Translations under genes and position numbers: made by a program
Notes under the pieces: generated by a model
The model's database searches: none
Seen by the model: the letters and a program-made list of their open reading frames with translations, nothing else
What the model was told of the DNA's origin: nothing
DNA from: Candidatus Woesearchaeota archaeon
GTDB taxonomy: Archaea > Nanobdellota > Nanobdellia > Nanobdellales > Nanobdellaceae
Assembly: GCA_964468425.1 (NCBI GenBank)
Contig: CAYXSZ010000050.1
Location: forward strand, 1 to 8,711
Length of the DNA stretch: 8,711 nt
Direction: 5' to 3'
In this document: positions 6,838 to 8,711 of the stretch, piece by piece
Layout: each line of letters begins with the position of its first letter
Position numbering within the stretch: position 1 is the stretch's first letter

Positions 6838-7168
6838 CAGCTCTTATTTTTTCCTTTATTTCGTCTAGCTGCACTTCCAATTCCTGCTTGGCTTTTTCTA
6901 ACTCTTCAATAGCCTTGGAAAGCGTGTTTATTACATCTTCTTTGCTCTTCTCTACAAAAGTTTGGTCTCCAACGTTTACTAAAATTTTGTTAGTGTCTTT
7001 CACATCAACCTTTACGAAAATAAATCCTCCAAGGTTAACATAAGTCTCTCCTTCCTTTAGATCCTTTAAACCATCCTTTAAAATCTCGTACTCGGCGATT
7101 CGGCGAACTATTTCTTCATATTCCTCTCTCAAAGCATAATAAAGCTCTAACAGTTCAGAACTCTCCAT
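6827..7168 (-). CDS. pfdA: Prefoldin alpha subunit (GimC alpha), unusually short at 113 aa
   Basis: Coiled coil flanks a double beta-hairpin core, ETYVNLGGFIFVKVDVKDTNKILVNVGDQTFVEKSKEDV. Two hairpins indicate the alpha class, since beta has one. It lies immediately downstream of rplX, the usual archaeal context. The start overlaps the LX stop by 14 nt. Confidence 0.75.
   Translation of the reverse strand: MESSELLELYYALREEYEEIVRRIAEYEILKDGLKDLKEGETYVNLGGFIFVKVDVKDTNKILVNVGDQTFVEKSKEDVINTLSKAIEELEKAKQELEVQLDEIKEKIRAAKR
6847..6852 (+). terminator. Oligo-T (T6) archaeal-type terminator for rpl3-sppA, embedded in the pfdA coding tail
   Basis: TTTTTT at 6847-6852 begins 10 nt after the sppA TAG (6835-6837) and is followed by CCTTTATTT. 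Archaeal RNAP terminates at runs of T5 or longer. Confidence 0.5.
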
Positions 7169-7451
7169 TTTGAACGGCTTCTATGAACTTTTTGAGCTGA
7201 ATATCTTGAACTTCCTCTGGAGAAATTTCTCTAACCTCCTCTATCTTGATCTGCGTTCTCTTAACCTTGTGAACTCCTCCATAAATGGAATAAATCTTTT
7301 CGAGAGCGTCCTTCTCAGAAACTGCAGAGATTTCGACATCGAACGGCATTACAACCTTTCTATAGGTTGAAATACCTTCTTTTTTCTTCTTAGCCCTCAA
7401 GAGCTTTCGTTTGAATATAACTCCCTTAACACGAAAGATCTTTCTCTCCAT
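7155..7451 (-). CDS. rplX: Large-subunit ribosomal protein LX (eL20 / L18Ae family), 98 aa
   Basis: The N-terminus is KIFRVKGVIF. The conserved core is EKDALEKIYSIYGGVHKVKRTQIKIEEVREI, which compares with the LX signature alekvySelGSrHkvkRxxIkIeev. It is linked to pfdA. It also carries a Lys-rich internal insertion and a ~20-aa C-terminal tail. Confidence 0.75.
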   Translation of the reverse strand: MERKIFRVKGVIFKRKLLRAKKKKEGISTYRKVVMPFDVEISAVSEKDALEKIYSIYGGVHKVKRTQIKIEEVREISPEEVQDIQLKKFIEAVQNGEF

Positions 7452-7471
7452 TTTCTATTTACTGGGTAAGG

Positions 7472-7480
7472 ATTTAAAAG
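7472..7480. promoter_or_regulatory. Shared bidirectional TATA element (palindromic TTTAAA core) for rplX-pfdA (-) and eif6 (+)
   Basis: The intergenic region 7452-7499 is 48 nt. The TTTAAA core at 7473-7478 is centred at 7475.5, which is 24.5 nt from both start codons (7451 and 7500). No alternative A/T box sits at promoter distance for either gene. Confidence 0.55.
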
Positions 7481-7499
7481 TTAATTCTAGCTTAATTGC

Positions 7500-8141
7500 A
7501 TGCGCGTAGCGAAGCTCTGCATTAACGGAGTGAATCACATTGGATTGCTTCTTCATCTAGTCGATGATGCTGTTATCGTGTCTAATTCCGTCGATGATAA
7601 GTACTTAAGTATCTTTGACTGCAAAATCGAAAGAGTAAGTTCCGAACTCGTAACTCCTTACATCTTAGAAGCTCCGGATTACGTAATACTATCTAAGAAC
7701 GCGCCGGACGACATTATAAAGGTCGTTCAAAAATATTACGATGTTAAGCTTGTAGATTCTGTCGAAAACCTTTTAGGAAACGTATTTTTGGTCGGAAAAA
7801 ACGAGATCTTGTTTTCTAGCGCCAAGAAAAGAGATGTCGAGTTAGTTGTTAAGCTTATGGATCTCCCCGCTAGAAGAGTTAAACTCCATTATTCTATCGG
7901 GTCGATCGTTAAAACTTACAGAGATAAAGCGCTAGCTAGCCAAGATCTCTCGGATAAAGTTCTAGATCTCATTAAAGAAGCTCTTGGTGTGAAGAGTTTT
8001 GACGTGGCTTCTGTAAACTTTGGAAGCCCATACCTTCGTTATGGAATAGAGTTAAACGATGATTACTTAATTGTAGGCGAGCTCACAACCGGTCACGAAC
8101 TGGTTAGAATTGAGGAGTTTTTCTTTGGAACAAATCCATAA
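7500..8141 (+). CDS. eif6: Translation initiation factor aIF6 (pentein fold), divergent, 213 aa
   Basis: The N-terminus is INGVNHIGLLLHLVDDAVIV. I can trace five quasi-repeats of about 42 aa. The C-terminal GSPYLRYGIELNDDYLIVGELTTGHELVRIEEFF matches the aIF6 terminal motif (G..vGs.iiaNd.galvg.dTTgpEl.rIed). The size is right and it lies next to rplX/pfdA. Confidence 0.8.
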   Translation: MRVAKLCINGVNHIGLLLHLVDDAVIVSNSVDDKYLSIFDCKIERVSSELVTPYILEAPDYVILSKNAPDDIIKVVQKYYDVKLVDSVENLLGNVFLVGKNEILFSSAKKRDVELVVKLMDLPARRVKLHYSIGSIVKTYRDKALASQDLSDKVLDLIKEALGVKSFDVASVNFGSPYLRYGIELNDDYLIVGELTTGHELVRIEEFFFGTNP

Positions 8142-8208
8142 TTCAATCAAAACGCTTGTTCTCGTCATTTTGATAGTATTAAACCTTTTGATATTCCTGT
8201 AACCTCAA

Positions 8209-8230
8209 TTTTTGTCTAGGAGCTCCTTTT
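8209..8230 (+). terminator. Probable eif6 termination region: T5 run, a 10-bp palindrome, then a T4 run
   Basis: TTTTT lies at 8209-8213, AGGAGCTCCT at 8218-8227 and TTTT at 8227-8230. The region lies 68-89 nt after the eif6 stop (8139-8141). Confidence 0.4.
8218..8227. repeat. Perfect 10-bp palindrome AGGAGCTCCT, function unknown
   Basis: Read directly from the sequence; the reverse complement is identical. Confidence 0.8.
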
Positions 8231-8314
8231 GAGTTCGAAACGCTACGACTATGTAAGATAAATATAGGGCTTGAGGGTTCCTAACAGAGGCAACCTTGTG
8301 ATTGGTAAAAACTT

Positions 8315-8324
8315 AATCATGATT
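8315..8324. repeat. Perfect 10-bp palindrome AATCATGATT, function unknown (possible operator upstream of the FlaC-like promoter)
   Basis: Read directly from the sequence; the reverse complement is identical. The half-site TGATT also occurs at 8299-8303. The centre lies about 49 nt upstream of the TATA centre at 8368.5. Confidence 0.8.
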
Positions 8325-8363
8325 CTAAGTAGCAACGTTTAGCAATTAAGTTAAGCAAAATGT

Positions 8364-8373
8364 AATATAAAAA
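8364..8373 (+). promoter_or_regulatory. TATA box AATATAAAAA for the FlaC-like gene
   Basis: ATATAAAA at 8365-8372 has its centre at 8368.5, which is 23.5 nt upstream of the ATG at 8392. Confidence 0.5.
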
Positions 8374-8391
8374 GGAGCACTAAGAAGCTAT

Positions 8392-8711
8392 ATGCAGATC
8401 CCATTTATTTTTAAAAGGAAGAAGGAAAATAATGCTGAAACACCTCCAAAGGTGGAAGAACCAAAACCTCCCGCGTGGCTTGACCAGGTAAAGCAAATGA
8501 CTGAAAGCGTGACCAACTTCTCTAAAGCGATAAGAAACCTCGAAGCCAGAACACAAGACATCATGGAAAAGCTTGATAACATTGAGGAAAAAGTGTCCCA
8601 GCACGATTCCGATATTACCAGCCTCAAAGATTCTCTCGAAAAAATGTTTGTTCTTTATGATTGGCTCATGAAGCAATACAATCCTTTCATTGAGGAAGAA
8701 ACCAAAGTTAA
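8392..8711 (+). CDS. 5' part (106 codons) of a FlaC/FlaD/E-like (archaellum accessory, FlaC_arch-type) coiled-coil protein that runs off the right edge
   Basis: It is absent from the ORF track because it has no stop in the window. My translation from the ATG at 8392 is MQIPFIFKRKKENNAETPPKVEEPKPPAWLDQVKQMTESVTNFSKAIRNLEARTQDIMEKLDNIEEKVSQHDSDITSLKDSLEKMFVLYDWLMKQYNPFIEEETKV. A coiled coil ending in hydrophobic-Y-(D/E)-x(5)-Y-NPF matches my recollection of the FlaC_arch domain signature (..lYE.vs.q.NPF). An ATATAAAA box lies 23.5 nt upstream. The two minus-strand track ORFs here have junk-like composition. Confidence 0.5.
   Translation, partial: MQIPFIFKRKKENNAETPPKVEEPKPPAWLDQVKQMTESVTNFSKAIRNLEARTQDIMEKLDNIEEKVSQHDSDITSLKDSLEKMFVLYDWLMKQYNPFIEEETKV

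Noticed and set aside
7170-7370. Plus-strand 66-aa ORF
   Set aside because: It is antisense to the LX gene. It is Leu/Asn/Phe-rich, as expected for the complement of a Lys/Glu-rich coding strand.
8168-8205. Possible C/D-box sRNA (TGATAG / TGATAT as C/C' boxes, CTGT as D box)
   Set aside because: Neither box matches RUGAUGA or CUGA exactly, and there is no terminal stem or k-turn geometry. I report it only as an 18-nt-spaced direct repeat.
8228-8246. GAGTTCGAAAC resembling a tRNA T-loop (GTTCGAAT)
   Set aside because: The flanking bases cannot form a 5-bp T-stem. No acceptor, D or anticodon arms can be drawn on either strand, and the region lacks the GC-rich character expected of a tRNA.
8250-8255. 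TATGTA, the reverse complement of TACATA, the hexamer I recall as the EarA archaellum-activator site in Methanococcus
   Set aside because: There is only one exact copy, whereas the described sites occur in multiples. A 6-mer of this composition is expected by chance in AT-rich DNA.
8374-8377. GGAG upstream of the FlaC-like ATG as a Shine-Dalgarno sequence
   Set aside because: It lies 15-18 nt from the ATG, which is too far. It also sits immediately after the TATA box, so it would fall upstream of the predicted TSS.
8380-8676. Minus-strand track ORFs 8380..8676 (98 aa) and 8388..8627 (79 aa)
   Set aside because: Both lie opposite a + strand reading frame that is open from 8392 to the window end, has a TATA box at the right distance and encodes a plausible coiled-coil with a YNPF motif. 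The minus-strand products are Phe/His/Ser/Leu-rich with no recognisable features.
1-8711. A search for CRISPR repeats, IS or transposase genes, integrase or att sites, long tandem repeats, and rRNA or tRNA genes
   Set aside because: I found no repeated spacer-repeat periodicity, no terminal inverted repeats, no recombinase-like ORF and no GC-rich structured-RNA island. The window looks like core chromosome rather than an accessory island.

Overview
This is a compact, AT-rich archaeal chromosomal segment whose proteins are K/E/I/R-rich in the style of thermophiles. I support 12 protein-coding genes. Two are cut by the window edges and are absent from the supplied ORF track. There is almost no intergenic DNA.

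Minus-strand unit 4886->1, six genes:
- a membrane-anchored Lon-like protease / helical-repeat protein
- a PUA + SAM RlmI-type RNA m5C methyltransferase
- RadB
- aIF2-gamma
- an Fcf1-type PIN nuclease
- the first 26 codons of a possible DRG-family GTPase

The rest of the window:
- Divergent from that unit is ribosomal protein uL3, followed after a 1-nt spacer by an SppA (S49) signal peptide peptidase instead of L4-L23-L2.
- Next comes an LX -> prefoldin-alpha pair that is convergent with sppA and overlaps it.
- aIF6 diverges from LX across a 48-nt gap.
- A 250-nt non-coding gap follows, then the start of a FlaC-like coiled-coil protein.

I found no rRNA, tRNA, CRISPR array, transposase, integrase or obvious defence genes.

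Things worth a second look:
1. The uncharacterised extracytoplasmic ATPase-less Lon-type domain fused to a Cys-rich TPR-like domain, which heads a housekeeping operon.
2. uL3 torn out of the universal L3-L4-L23-L2 cluster and flanked by two membrane Ser/Lys proteases.
3. A consistent leaderless promoter geometry, including one palindromic TTTAAA exactly centred between two divergent start codons.
4. Reciprocal oligo-T terminators embedded in the overlapping tails of convergent genes.
5. An unusually long palindrome-bearing non-coding gap upstream of the FlaC-like gene.

Broken universal operons plus divergent housekeeping proteins suggest a small-genome archaeal lineage, but the window alone cannot establish taxonomy.
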